Source: Candidatus Woesearchaeota archaeon
Lineage (GTDB): Archaea > Nanobdellota > Nanobdellia > Woesearchaeales > WAPY01
Length of the DNA: 64,000 nt
Direction: 5' to 3'
NCBI GenBank assembly: GCA_049700835.1
Contig: JBNAUL010000002.1
Location: forward strand, 153,967-217,966
Positions within the stretch are counted from its first letter, which is position 1. The number at the start of each line of letters is the position of its first letter. Shown piece by piece: positions 1-10,539 of this stretch. Both the position numbers and the translations under genes were made by a program. Under the pieces are notes generated by a model that searched no databases, had not been told where the DNA came from, and saw nothing but the letters and a program-made list of their open reading frames with translations.

Positions 1-161
1 ATATATATGCCTTCTATGGTTTTATCAAGATTGTTTTTTTCCAAAAATTTTGACCAGTTCTCTTTTGAGTATAAGAGCAGTTTTGATTTTTTCAGTTCCA
101 AATTTAAATCTAACTTTGCTGCTGAATACGCTTCTCCAAGGATTATTTCAAGTTCTTCCAT
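1..161 (-). CDS. Hypothetical protein, 5' part only (runs off window start)
   Basis: Minus-strand ATG at 161 preceded by AGGGG; open frame MEELEIILGEAYSAAKLDLNLELKKSK... to window edge. The 7..213 + ORF is its antisense shadow. Confidence 0.5.
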   Translation of the reverse strand, partial: MEELEIILGEAYSAAKLDLNLELKKSKLLLYSKENWSKFLEKNNLDKTIEGIY

Positions 162-356
162 TACAGAGCTTCCCCTTTATCTTTCGTTGGCAAAAAAGAA
201 AATAATAATTTAGGAAACCTTATGAAACCTATCTATTATATTCATGCTAAAAACAAAACCCAATCCGTGCTTAAAGAAAGTTTATATTTAAGTATAAAAA
301 TTTTACTGCAAGAAATAAAAAAACAAAAAACAACATAAAAAATTTGCTCTTAACCC

Positions 357-1358
357 TTAATTAGCATTAAAATATATTTGAAGTATTTTAATAGCATCAT
401 CAATGTTTTTTTCGTTCACTCCGTTTATTTTTTCTATTTTTCTATTTCCTTTGTCAAGCATTATTCTTATCTCTTCAGCGTCATTGTAGAAACCCTGTTT
501 TGCAAAACGAATCTCTCTGCCAAGGTATAGGTAACTGAAACCTGTATTTAATCTAAGATTTTTTACATTCAACTTTGATTTTTCCTTGACTTCATCTAAT
601 AGCGTTTGTTTATAAGCATACAAGAAATTTTTGTTTTCAAAAGCATTTACTATATTTTCATTGACTTCTTTGTCATCAAAACCTGAATAAAATATGTTAA
701 AATTATTTCCAAGTTCTAAAACAATGGCTTTTTTTGGATAACAAACGCTTGAGTCATAGTAGAGTTTTATTCTGTCGTTTTTTTCATTTTGAACATAAAC
801 CGCTCTTTCAGAGTTAAAGAGCATTTGCAGTTTTCCTTGATCAAAAAACATTTTTTTGACTATGTTTCTTGCAAGTTCAGGATTTTCGCTGTATTCTTCC
901 AAAAACTCCAAAAGCTTTGTTGAATTCAATAATTTTGGTTCAAACTCTTGGAGTTCTAAACCATAATTCCTTCCAATGCGGTCTTTTATTTTTAGCCAAT
1001 AATCATTCAAGTACCAGTTTATTTCTGATAGATATTCTATTATTTTTTCAGGTCTTAACTTTGTTGTGTTTGGTTTAACACTAAAATTTTCCTTGTTCTC
1101 CTTGTCAAATTCAATCTTAATTTCCAGCTCGTCTCCTGTTGGTTTTTTGTAATCTATTATTAAAACATTATCCTTATCTTTTTCTTTGCGTACTTGCAGC
1201 TCTCCAATTCTCCTATATTTAAAGTCCTTGAGCACTTCAAAAAGGTATCCTTCCAAACATTCTATGTTATCCTTTGTCATGTTACTCATGCTATTCATAA
1301 GGTTTTTAATGTTGTCTGAAAATTCGTTTATGCTTTCTTCAAGATTTTTTAAAGCCAT
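357..1358 (-). CDS. Hypothetical protein (333 aa)
   Basis: Long ORF with GGGGTG SD-like motif; no recognised motifs. Confidence 0.75.
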   Translation of the reverse strand: MALKNLEESINEFSDNIKNLMNSMSNMTKDNIECLEGYLFEVLKDFKYRRIGELQVRKEKDKDNVLIIDYKKPTGDELEIKIEFDKENKENFSVKPNTTKLRPEKIIEYLSEINWYLNDYWLKIKDRIGRNYGLELQEFEPKLLNSTKLLEFLEEYSENPELARNIVKKMFFDQGKLQMLFNSERAVYVQNEKNDRIKLYYDSSVCYPKKAIVLELGNNFNIFYSGFDDKEVNENIVNAFENKNFLYAYKQTLLDEVKEKSKLNVKNLRLNTGFSYLYLGREIRFAKQGFYNDAEEIRIMLDKGNRKIEKINGVNEKNIDDAIKILQIYFNAN

Positions 1359-1637
1359 AAAAACACCCCTTCATGATTTTTAACATAATTTTTTTAACAT
1401 GATTTAATTAAAATAATTAAGCATGATGTTGAATTATAACATCGAATGATTTACTTTTTAACAGGCAACTATTATATAAAGCTTTCGTTTAATCATTTTT
1501 CAGTCATTATTTTTATTTAGCGCTTTAGAGTTTATTAATTTGATTTAATTCATTTTATTTATTTAATTCATTTAATTCATTTGTCTAATTCATTTATCAA
1601 TACTTTTTTATAGTTGAACCTAATTATTTTTAGTGCT

Positions 1638-2552
1638 ATGGAAAATGAATTGGACAAGGAAACTATTGAAAAGTACAGGAAAGCAGGTTCTATTGCTGCA
1701 AAGGCCCTTAACTATGGAAAGGGTTTAGTGAAAGAAGGTGTTTCATTGGTTTATGTTATGGATGAAATTGAAAAAAAGATAATAAGTTTAGGAGGGGAAA
1801 TCGCTTTTCCTGCTCAGATAAGTTTGAACAATGTTGCTGCCCATTATTGTTCTGTTGATGAAAAAGAAGTATTCAAGCAAGAGGATGTTGTAAAGATAGA
1901 CATAGGAAGTCATGTTGATGGCTATATAGGAGATTGCGCATTGACTGTTTATTTAGGGGAAAGCGAAAATTTAAAAAAACTCCTTGAATCCTCAAGATTG
2001 GCTTTGGAGAACGCTCTTAAGATTTTGAGGGCTGGAGTTAAAATCTCAGAAATAGGTAGAGAGATTCAAAAGACAATAGCGTCCTTTGGTTTTTATCCTG
2101 TAAGGAATCTTTCTGGGCATGGGCTTGAAAAGTTTAACCTACATGCAGAACCTTCAATTCCTAATTATGACACAAGCAGCAATATCATTATAAAAAACAA
2201 CAGCGTAGTTGCAATAGAACCTTTTTCAAGCACAGGCATCGGCATTGTAGGAGATTCAGGAACAGCAAGCGTTTTTTCAATGATAAGGAGCAAACCTGTG
2301 AGAAATATTACAGCAAGAAAGATTTTGAAGGAGATTGAATCTTACAACGGACTTCCATTTACAACAAGATGGTTCTACAGAAAATATTCTAAAATTTTGG
2401 TTGACAATGCAATAAAAGAATTTCTCAACAACCAAATAATTTCAGAGTACAAGCCATTGAGCGACATAGGTAAGGGAATTGTTGCGCAGTTTGAACACAC
2501 AGCGATTGTAACTGATGAAAAAACAATAGTAACAACCATGCTTGACGACTAA
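1638..2552 (+). CDS. map: Methionine aminopeptidase type II
   Basis: AFPAQISLNNVAAHY, KIDIGSHVDGYIGD, NLSGHG, AIEPF, AQFEHT metal-binding motifs; start moved to ATG 1638. Confidence 0.96.
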   Translation: MENELDKETIEKYRKAGSIAAKALNYGKGLVKEGVSLVYVMDEIEKKIISLGGEIAFPAQISLNNVAAHYCSVDEKEVFKQEDVVKIDIGSHVDGYIGDCALTVYLGESENLKKLLESSRLALENALKILRAGVKISEIGREIQKTIASFGFYPVRNLSGHGLEKFNLHAEPSIPNYDTSSNIIIKNNSVVAIEPFSSTGIGIVGDSGTASVFSMIRSKPVRNITARKILKEIESYNGLPFTTRWFYRKYSKILVDNAIKEFLNNQIISEYKPLSDIGKGIVAQFEHTAIVTDEKTIVTTMLDD

Positions 2553-2663
2553 ATTCTTTTAATGATTTGAGATTAGACACTCAGAAATACTCAAAAATTT
2601 TAGAATTCACTTTCAATGCAATTTAAAATATTTTGTTCATTTACATTTATTAATTTATTATAT

Positions 2664-3092
2664 TTATTGGTTTTCTGTTGTTTGGGTTTCCTTTGCAGGG
2701 GTAACCTTTCTGTTGAGTTCAGAAACCCACATGTTGCCTATTCTGACTAACTCTGTGTTGAAAGCATTTGAAAGTTTGTATGTTTTTTTGTAAAGATCAT
2801 AATATATAAGCCCCATGCTTTTCATAGGAGTTAGAATTCTGTCATAGAACTGCCTCTTGTTGTAACTTAGCTTGACCTTTTTTCCAGTAAAAGGTTCTCT
2901 GTCAATTACAGTTACAAGTTTTCCTTCGTGAAGTTTTGTTGCAAAATCAGACATTTCAGGTTTTGTAAGTTCTCCCTTATGGAGTTTCATTTCCCTTACC
3001 AATGCCTTAGCAACAATTATCTGCTGTTCTGTTGCAAAGATTATCTCGTATATGTCTTCAGGAAGATTAAATCTATCAAATAGTACTACCAT
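2664..3092 (-). CDS. Hypothetical protein, possible winged helix
   Basis: 142 aa ORF with GGGGGTG SD; C-terminal FYDRILTPMKSMGLIYYD resembles a wHTH recognition helix and wing. Confidence 0.7.
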   Translation of the reverse strand: MVVLFDRFNLPEDIYEIIFATEQQIIVAKALVREMKLHKGELTKPEMSDFATKLHEGKLVTVIDREPFTGKKVKLSYNKRQFYDRILTPMKSMGLIYYDLYKKTYKLSNAFNTELVRIGNMWVSELNRKVTPAKETQTTENQ

Positions 3093-3340
3093 AAAAATGC
3101 ACCCCCTAAAATTTTGTTAAAACAAACTAATATATAAATTTTATTATTTTCTATATTGATTTATTTTTAGCATAGATTAGTTTTATAAAAAATGCAAATA
3201 CCTCAAAACTTATTTAACCACTACATAGTGCTAAAAAATAAAAAGATTTATAAACTCAGCTTGAATACTCCTTCTTAGAGAAACTCTTAAAGAAACTCAT
3301 AATAGATTTTAACAGATTTCAAAATTGATTGGGGGTTTTC

Positions 3341-4006
3341 ATGAAAGGGCTAATTTTTGCTTTGATAGTAATCGCTTCATTTGCATTGGGTCTAATTTTT
3401 GGAACTATTGCAAGGGTGAATTCTATTCAGAGAGAAAATGCTGTAAGTTGGATAGATGAAATTGCAGGCAGTAATAGCAAAAATCATCAAGAGAATTATT
3501 ATGATAGAAGCAATGCAAATAGCACAAACAAAGAGATCTGTGAGTTGAACAAAACATGTTCTGAAATACTGAGTCCTGTTGCAATAAACGAAAAGCAAGA
3601 AACGAGTAATGCTAAAAATGAAAAGGAAAACTCAAGGGTTTCAAAAGGACCTATTGATAGGATTAAGGAAAACCAAATACAGGTTTTCAGTGATAAGATA
3701 GTAATTTATCTTCAAAATGCTGAATGGGCTTCTTTCACTCCAACTGGTTCAATGGAGCCTGTGCTTAACGAGTACGCAAATGCAATACAGATTGTTCCTA
3801 AATCAGAAGATGAAATCTATATAGGAGATATAATTTCATACGAGTCAGAATATGCTGAAGGAATCATAATACACAGGGTAGTAGAAATTGGTTATGACAA
3901 AGAAGGGTGGTATTGCATTGCAAAAGGCGACAACAACCCCAAAAAAGACCCTGGGAAGATAAGGTTCTCGCAAATAAAGAGAATTCTTGTTGCAATAATT
4001 TACTAA
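3341..4006 (+). CDS. Signal peptidase I-like (S26/Sec11-type) membrane-anchored peptidase
   Basis: N-terminal TM helix; TGSMEP catalytic Ser box, GDII, IIHRV (His), KGDNN motifs. Confidence 0.85.
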   Translation: MKGLIFALIVIASFALGLIFGTIARVNSIQRENAVSWIDEIAGSNSKNHQENYYDRSNANSTNKEICELNKTCSEILSPVAINEKQETSNAKNEKENSRVSKGPIDRIKENQIQVFSDKIVIYLQNAEWASFTPTGSMEPVLNEYANAIQIVPKSEDEIYIGDIISYESEYAEGIIIHRVVEIGYDKEGWYCIAKGDNNPKKDPGKIRFSQIKRILVAIIY

Positions 4007-4025
4007 TTCAAAAAATTTAGATAGC

Positions 4026-4289
4026 ATGCATCAGGAAAGATTTATAAATTCTCAAGAATTAAAATGTGCTATGCTCAACTTTGTCTTAAAGTTGAAAAAG
4101 CAAAAGCAAAAGGAAAAATCCAAAAAAGAGGATGCGAGCGTTAAATACGGAAAGTGTGAACTCTGTGGAAGCGAATTGGTCAAAATAGGAGAGAAGGTCA
4201 TAGGAACAACAAAATACATTCTGCTTAAATGCAGCAAGTGTAACAGAGAAGTAGCAAGGGACATAGAAAATTTAAAACAGGTTGAATGA
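4026..4289 (+). CDS. Small zinc-ribbon protein
   Basis: CELC...CSKC pairs; start uncertain. Confidence 0.55.
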   Translation: MHQERFINSQELKCAMLNFVLKLKKQKQKEKSKKEDASVKYGKCELCGSELVKIGEKVIGTTKYILLKCSKCNREVARDIENLKQVE

Positions 4290-4301
4290 GTTTGTTTTTA
4301 T

Positions 4302-5060
4302 TCATTTTATTGTTTCTTTCTTAACACTGTTTAAACTGTTTATTCTGCGGAAATCCAATCCATAGCTTAAAAAGTTCTCAAGCAGGAATTTGCGGTTCCT
4401 ATTGAAGTATTCTCTTAAAACAATTAAAGGAAATATTTTTATATTTTTAATTTCTGAATGCTCATAGAAGTTTTTTATAAGCAATAAGTCTGTTTCGCTA
4501 TCTCCAAGATAAACAATGCTTTCCTTAATTTTCATACTTTCAATCATCTTTTCAAGAACTCTATAATCAGGTTTTACAAAATCATAACTTGAATTGTGAA
4601 TTACAAAATCTTTTCTTATTTTCAGATTTATTTCATGCTCTATCTTTTTTATTTCTGCAAAAGCAATCTCTTCTTGGCTTTGAGTTATTATTCCTATCTT
4701 TGTTCCTTTTTCAGATAACTCTTTAAGAATGCGTACATCATCATAAACCTTTAAACTCTTTATTCTCTTTTCCAACAAATCCTTGCGCTTTTCAATCCTG
4801 TGGTATTCCTGCCAAAAATATTCCCTGTCGAAATCCATTGATTTTTTAGCATACAAATCTTTTATCATCTCTTCTCTTTTCGCATTGTAAAACAAATCCG
4901 TTGCTGTTCTTTTATTCAAATGTTCGCTCTTGCCAATCAGATTAAGCGCTTTGAAAACTTCTTCAAACAATTCCTTGCAGTATTCATCGCTAACTTTAAC
5001 CAAGGTACCGTCTAAATCAGAAACCACTGCTTCCAATCCTGATTTGCATTTCTTTTTCAT
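4302..5060 (-). CDS. HAD-superfamily hydrolase
   Basis: DLDGTL motif I, GIIT motif II, KP and YLGDSETD motifs III/IV. Confidence 0.88.
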   Translation of the reverse strand: MKKKCKSGLEAVVSDLDGTLVKVSDEYCKELFEEVFKALNLIGKSEHLNKRTATDLFYNAKREEMIKDLYAKKSMDFDREYFWQEYHRIEKRKDLLEKRIKSLKVYDDVRILKELSEKGTKIGIITQSQEEIAFAEIKKIEHEINLKIRKDFVIHNSSYDFVKPDYRVLEKMIESMKIKESIVYLGDSETDLLLIKNFYEHSEIKNIKIFPLIVLREYFNRNRKFLLENFLSYGLDFRRINSLNSVKKETIK

Positions 5061-5262
5061 ATTTCCGATGGTAACAACGCTTTTAATTATTTTTCTGCTT
5101 AATGTTACTACTGAAAAGATTTAAAACTTTTTAAAGTTTTTGATGAAAAATATTTTCAGCAAAATGCTTAAATGAAAAGGATTTAGGAAGAACAGCATTT
5201 GCTGCTTGGTTGGAATTTAACAAGAGAAGTTTTCAGCAGCAATTATTGTTCTTATTTGCGTT

Positions 5263-5595
5263 CTATTTGTTGTTTATAAAATCATCTATAACCCTTTTTA
5301 GATGGTGCTTTGGAGCAAAACCTACAAAATTTCCAACAAGGTTTCCATTCTTGAAGAATAGAAGGGTAGGAATACCCTTTATTTTATACATCTCTGAAAG
5401 TTCTGGATTTTCCTCTGTGTTTATCTTGTAGATTTTTAGAATACCTTGATATTCAGCAGAGAACTCCTCTAAAACACGGCTCAATGCTTTGCAAGGATGG
5501 CACCAATCAGCCCAGAAATCAACAACAACAGGAATGTCTGATTCCAAAACCTCTTTTTTGAAAATCTCCAAATCACTCAATTTTGCTTGCTGCAT
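5263..5595 (-). CDS. trxA: Thioredoxin
   Basis: VVVDFWADWCHPCK active site, IKGIPTLLFFKNG. Confidence 0.93.
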   Translation of the reverse strand: MQQAKLSDLEIFKKEVLESDIPVVVDFWADWCHPCKALSRVLEEFSAEYQGILKIYKINTEENPELSEMYKIKGIPTLLFFKNGNLVGNFVGFAPKHHLKRVIDDFINNK

Positions 5596-5717
5596 GTTTT
5601 TTATAAAATATAGCTTATTTAAATATGTAGCGGTTGTGTTATTATTAACTCCATACTCGCAAAAATCGCAGCAAATCCCAGCAGGATTGCGGGAATTGCA
5701 TCAGGACTTGCAATAGA

Positions 5718-6641
5718 TTACAGCGGGGCTATTTTTGCCAATTCCTTGTCAATCTCCTTTGTAAGCATTTCTGCCTTCTTTTCAAGCGCTTCAATGCTTG
5801 CATTTTCTAAATCTCTATCAGAATTTTCATAACCTATGTCCTTAAGAAGCCTTTCAAATGCGTTAAAGAATATTTCTGCAATCGTTTCCTTCTTTGCTGA
5901 AAGCTTCTCAAGTTCAGAAAGTTTGAAAAGCCTTTTATCTCTTAACACAAGCTTTTTATTGAACTCTCTCAAATTCCTGAATCCTTTTTTTCTGTGTTCA
6001 ATAATCCTTGAAATTCCAAGAATGATTTTTGCTTGCGGTATTATTTCTTGTTCAGAGAGTTTCAAAAGCACTTCTCTGTTTTTTATTGCCATAAATTCTC
6101 TTTGCTTGTCAATGATTTCAAGCATTTCAAGGATAGAACCCTGAATGTTTTCTCCCTTCAATTCATCTATGAAATGTTCAAGGCGGTTGCTCAATTCCTG
6201 ATAAAAATCTGCTTCAACAATCAAGTCCTTTAGGATTTCCTCTGTGTTCTGCCTTGCCTCAAGATTTTCTTCTCTGTTAAGATTTAGTTTTTCAATTGAA
6301 AGGAGTATGTTCTTTATGATGTAAATCTCCAATTTCAAGAGCCTTAATTTCTTTGCAATCTTTTCATTAAGCTTATTAAGTTTCTTCGCATACTTTGCTA
6401 TTGAAAATGCAAGCGCTACGCTCAAACTCTTATTTTTATCCAAAATGCTGCTAAAATGAATATCCCATTCATCTTCATTTTGATTTATTGCAGCAATTCT
6501 GTTATAATTTTTTGTTTCTTTGATGTATTTTTTCAACAGGGCAACAAGAATATTGATTATTCTCTGCTCCTCTATCAGAATTTCCTTTGTATCCGTTTTA
6601 ATAAGGTTGCTTAACATTCTTAAATAAATAAAAACCTTCAC
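5718..6641 (-). CDS. Hypothetical helical/coiled-coil protein
   Basis: 307 aa, E/K/L-rich; an in-frame hydrophobic extension follows the stop (see findings). Confidence 0.65.
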   Translation of the reverse strand: MKVFIYLRMLSNLIKTDTKEILIEEQRIINILVALLKKYIKETKNYNRIAAINQNEDEWDIHFSSILDKNKSLSVALAFSIAKYAKKLNKLNEKIAKKLRLLKLEIYIIKNILLSIEKLNLNREENLEARQNTEEILKDLIVEADFYQELSNRLEHFIDELKGENIQGSILEMLEIIDKQREFMAIKNREVLLKLSEQEIIPQAKIILGISRIIEHRKKGFRNLREFNKKLVLRDKRLFKLSELEKLSAKKETIAEIFFNAFERLLKDIGYENSDRDLENASIEALEKKAEMLTKEIDKELAKIAPL

Positions 6642-6700
6642 TATTTAAAACTTTTATTAGAAATTTACGAGTAATAAAAAGCAATAAAAAATCTTTTCAG

Positions 6701-7045
6701 TTACTTTATACTTGTCACAATAAAGTTTTTTCTGTCAAACTTTCCTGAGAGGATAACATTCGCATTCTTGCTCATTGAATAATTTTTATGAAGCTTGTCT
6801 TTGAACGCAATCCCGTTTACTATGCTGCAAACCTCAAACTTGAAGCTTATTTTGTTTTCGTCCTCAGAAAAAGAAACAATCCTTCCTGAAACAAGAATCT
6901 CTTCTGTTTCCCTGTCAGAGAATTTTGCAACAACAAGCTCCTTATTGTTTGGTTTCATAAATTCAAAAACAAACGCAATCACCAAAATTCCTATCAAGCT
7001 TGCCATGAATGACAATTTTGTAAGGACTCTCTTGTTAAGCATCAT
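6701..7045 (-). CDS. Membrane-anchored small OB-fold-like protein
   Basis: N-terminal TM helix followed by beta-rich ILVSGRIV...VILSGKF pattern. Confidence 0.55.
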   Translation of the reverse strand: MMLNKRVLTKLSFMASLIGILVIAFVFEFMKPNNKELVVAKFSDRETEEILVSGRIVSFSEDENKISFKFEVCSIVNGIAFKDKLHKNYSMSKNANVILSGKFDRKNFIVTSIK

Positions 7046-7062
7046 TTTACTTTTTTTTTATT

Positions 7063-7524
7063 TTACTTTTCAAGCGGAATTCCCTTTTCCAAAAATCCTT
7101 CTTTGATTATTTCTTCAACTACAAAAAATTCAAGGAAATCATAACTGCAGTCCTTCAGAGCCCTCTTAAAATCATCGTATGAATTGGCATCATGGAAAAT
7201 AGCTTCAATATAGTAGTCAAAGTTATCGTTTATTCTGTAAGCATTATTTACATTAGTCTCGTCAAGCAGTTTCAACAGTTCAGCCCTATTTTCCTTCTTT
7301 GCCTTTATCAGAAAAACAACATTAAACTTGAAACCAAGTTTTGAGAAATTTACAATGCAAGAATACTTTTTGATAAGTTCTCCGCTCAATTCGTGAACGC
7401 TCTTTATCAGCGTGGAAACAGTTAAGCCTGTGTTCTTTGAAATTTCAAGGAAACTCATCCTTGCATTTCTCCTCAAAGCACTCAAAACGAGCAATTCCTT
7501 TTTAACCCTACTTATCCTTTTCAT
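7063..7524 (-). CDS. Lrp/AsnC family transcriptional regulator
   Basis: LRRNARMSFLEISKNTGL HTH; IKKYSCIVNFSKLG linker; C-terminal RAM domain. Confidence 0.88.
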   Translation of the reverse strand: MKRISRVKKELLVLSALRRNARMSFLEISKNTGLTVSTLIKSVHELSGELIKKYSCIVNFSKLGFKFNVVFLIKAKKENRAELLKLLDETNVNNAYRINDNFDYYIEAIFHDANSYDDFKRALKDCSYDFLEFFVVEEIIKEGFLEKGIPLEK

Positions 7525-7839
7525 TTTAACCTAGAATATTTTACTAATCTGCTTTTTAAAAGCTTTAAACAAAAAAAATCGGAAGAATTGCGAGAGTTTT
7601 TGATAACAAAACTTTTTCTGCTTTAAACAATATTTATACTTTTATTTTTTCTTTTTCTTTCATTCTAAAACTCATTCAAAATAAAGATTGATTTAAGGAA
7701 AGACATCGGCAAATTGAATATAAATTGGTGTTAATATTTTTCATACAAGTTGTCATATGAGAAAAAAGAAGATTAAGACAAGTTTTAGACATAGAGTAAT
7801 GCCTGCAACTCAACAGATTACAAAACAAAAAAAGCAAAC

Positions 7840-7930
7840 TTTATAAATAAGCGCTTTTTTACCAAAACCAAGGATAAGCCGGTCCTGAAAAACCTTAATG
7901 TTAAAAGGGCTTGCTTATGCCAGGGCTTAA
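7840..7930 (+). promoter_or_regulatory. TATA box plus structured 5' leader of rps15 (candidate r-protein leader)
   Basis: TTTATAAA at 7840-7847; stem ATAAGC-c-GGTCC (7874-7885) / GGGCT-t-GCTTAT (7907-7918), GC-richer than flanks. Confidence 0.45.
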
Positions 7931-7984
7931 ACAAAATATTCTGCTCTGGTTTTTATAACTAAAAAATATTAGGAGAGGTGTTTT

Positions 7985-8437
7985 ATGGCAAGAATGTATT
8001 CAAGAGCAAGAGGAAAGGCAGGTTCAAAAAAGCCTTCAAAATCAAGTTTGAGTTGGATAAGGTACAAACCAAAGGAGATTGAACTTTTGGTTGTTAAGTT
8101 GGCAAAACAAGGAGAAAGTTGTGCAAAGATAGGATTAATTCTAAGGGATACTTATGGAATTCCTTCAACAAAGGTTGTGTGCGGAAAGAGCATACTGCAG
8201 ATATTGAAAGAAAAGAACATTGCTCCTGAAATACCAGAAGACCTTGTTGCGCTCATGAGAAAATACCTTCAGGTTAAGAAGCATTTGGAAAATAATAAGC
8301 ACGATTACACTGCAAAGAGAGGACTTCAAATAACAGAATCAAAGATTTTCAAGCTGATAAGATACTATAAATCTGTTGGAAAACTTCCTGCTAACTGGAA
8401 TTTTGATGTAAACAAGATAAAGGTTTACACCCAATAA
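7985..8437 (+). CDS. rps15: 30S ribosomal protein uS15 (S15P/S13e)
   Basis: MARMYSRARGKAGSKKP, IGLILRDTYGIP, IPEDL, KRGLQITESKI; SD GAGGTG. Confidence 0.97.
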   Translation: MARMYSRARGKAGSKKPSKSSLSWIRYKPKEIELLVVKLAKQGESCAKIGLILRDTYGIPSTKVVCGKSILQILKEKNIAPEIPEDLVALMRKYLQVKKHLENNKHDYTAKRGLQITESKIFKLIRYYKSVGKLPANWNFDVNKIKVYTQ

Positions 8438-8460
8438 TTTTTGGTTGTTTCGGTGGTTTA

Positions 8461-9948
8461 ATGGATGCTGCAATTCAAAAGAGAGAATCAGAGGATTCTG
8501 CTGATTTTAAAATATTAAATTTCAAGAAATCCTGCAGAGAAATTGCCGAGGAGTTCAGGAAAATCCCTAAACAGGAAAACATAAGAGTTGTTTCTCATTT
8601 GGATGCTGACGGAATTTCTTCTGCTGCGCTTATAGTTAAAGCGTTAAACAGGGAGAACAGGCCATATTCAATTACAATATTGCAGCAGATAAAAGCAGAG
8701 GATGTCAAGAGATTGTCTACAGAGGATGCAAAAAATTTTGTCTTCACTGATTTGGGTTCTAATCAGATATCCCAATTTTTGAACTATTTCAACGGAAAGA
8801 AGGTTTTCATACTTGACCACCACGAGCCAGAAAAATCAAAAAACGCTTTTGACTATGAATTGTTGAAGGCAAAGGGAATATTCCATATAAATCCACATCT
8901 GTTCTCAATAAACGGCTCAACCCAAATATCTGGTTCAGGGGTGAGTTATTATTTTGTAAAAGAGCTCAACAAGGAGAATGAGGATTTAGCTCATATTGCT
9001 TTAATTGGAACATTAGGGGATATACAAGAACCATCAGGTTCTGCATTGAACTCAGAAATCGTTGAACTCGCAAAGAAGCACAACAGGATAAGCGTAACAA
9101 AAGGATTAAAGGTCTTTGGGGCTCAAACAAAACCTTTGCACATGGCTTTGGTGCAGAGCACAGAGATTTACATTCCAGGAGTCACTGGTTCTGAATCAGG
9201 AGCAATCCAATTCTTAAAACAGATAAACATTGAACCAAAAAAAGGAAACGAGTGGAGAAGGATAATTGATTTGAGCGAAGATGAACTGAAGAGGTTGGTT
9301 GAAGGAATCATAATGTTGAGGCTGAACGAAGAAAATCCTGAGGACATAATAGGAGATATTTATCTATTGAATGATGAAGAAGAGGGCTCGACATTGAAGG
9401 ATGCAAGAGAATTTGCAACTGTATTGAATGCTTGTGGAAGATTGAACAGGGCTTCGTTAGGGGTTGGAGCTTGCCTTGGAGACAAGAGATTGAAGAGCAT
9501 GGCTGTGGAAACATTAAAAGATTACAAGAAAGAACTTGTATCTGCACTAAAATGGTTTGAACAGAACAAAAACTCAAACAGCATAATCCAAGAACCAGGA
9601 TTCATCATAATAAACGCAGAGGATAAAATACTTTCAACAATAATAGGAACCGTTGCTTCGATAATCTCAAAATCAAGCATTGTACCAAAGAACACTTTTG
9701 TGGTTGCAATGGCTAGAATGATGAATGATTACACAAAGATTTCAATAAGATACTCAGGGAAGAACTTTGGGGATGAGGATTACAATTTGAGGGAAATAAT
9801 AGCAAAAGTTATTGACGATTTTGAAGGAGAAGCAGGAGGGCACATAAATGCTGCAGGAGCATACATCCCTGTTAATCAAGAAAATGTCTTTGTGGAGAAA
9901 CTTAAAGTTGTTTTGAGAAGGTTCTCCTTGGAGGACAAGATAGATTAA
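8461..9948 (+). CDS. RecJ/Cdc45-like DHH-DHHA1 phosphoesterase
   Basis: SHLDADG, FTDLG, ILDHH, GTLGD and GGHINAAGA motifs; usual archaeal position after rps15. Confidence 0.9.
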   Translation: MDAAIQKRESEDSADFKILNFKKSCREIAEEFRKIPKQENIRVVSHLDADGISSAALIVKALNRENRPYSITILQQIKAEDVKRLSTEDAKNFVFTDLGSNQISQFLNYFNGKKVFILDHHEPEKSKNAFDYELLKAKGIFHINPHLFSINGSTQISGSGVSYYFVKELNKENEDLAHIALIGTLGDIQEPSGSALNSEIVELAKKHNRISVTKGLKVFGAQTKPLHMALVQSTEIYIPGVTGSESGAIQFLKQINIEPKKGNEWRRIIDLSEDELKRLVEGIIMLRLNEENPEDIIGDIYLLNDEEEGSTLKDAREFATVLNACGRLNRASLGVGACLGDKRLKSMAVETLKDYKKELVSALKWFEQNKNSNSIIQEPGFIIINAEDKILSTIIGTVASIISKSSIVPKNTFVVAMARMMNDYTKISIRYSGKNFGDEDYNLREIIAKVIDDFEGEAGGHINAAGAYIPVNQENVFVEKLKVVLRRFSLEDKID

Positions 9949-10194
9949 ACCTTTGATGTGCTAGTAGTTTTGATTTGCAAAAATTTTGCGTTTTATTTTT
10001 TAGTTTTAACAAAAAATTTATAAATAAAAAGTTTTTAAAAAAATATAAAAAGATTTAAATATTTTAGAAAGTTAATTATGGAAAGGTTATAAAAAAGTAA
10101 ATATTTATAAATAAGCTAAAAATACTAATCTTGTAAAACAAAAATTTTGATTTTAATTTAAAGAAATTAAATAAAAACTTGCAAGGGGGTAATC

Positions 10195-10467
10195 ATGGAA
10201 AACAAAAAGGTTTTTAACATAATCTTCAGGATAAAACCAGCAATGCTCCTCATTGAGTTAAAAAATGCAAAATCAGAAATCTATGCTTCTTCTATTGCAA
10301 AAACAATAGATTGCACTTATTCCCATGTTGTAAAGATACTTCAAGAGATGCAAAAGGCAGGGCTTGTTAATTTTGAAAAGCAGGGAAGATTAAAACTTCT
10401 AACGCTGACAAAGAAAGGTACAGAGGTTGCTAATTCAATAGAAGCAATAAAAAACATGCTCCAATAA
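10195..10467 (+). CDS. Winged-helix DNA-binding protein (MarR-like)
   Basis: YASSIAKTIDCTYSHVVKILQEM...GRLKLLTLTKKG; SD GGGGGT. Confidence 0.85.
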   Translation: MENKKVFNIIFRIKPAMLLIELKNAKSEIYASSIAKTIDCTYSHVVKILQEMQKAGLVNFEKQGRLKLLTLTKKGTEVANSIEAIKNMLQ

Positions 10468-10539
10468 ATTCTTAGAGTTTAACTCTTAAAACACTTTAAT
10501 AAAATTTCATTTAAAAAGTTCTGCGATGATTTTTTTAAA

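Noticed and set aside
1530..1600. TAATTCATTT repeated about four times upstream of map
   Set aside because: Irregular spacing in very AT-rich DNA; probably slippage.
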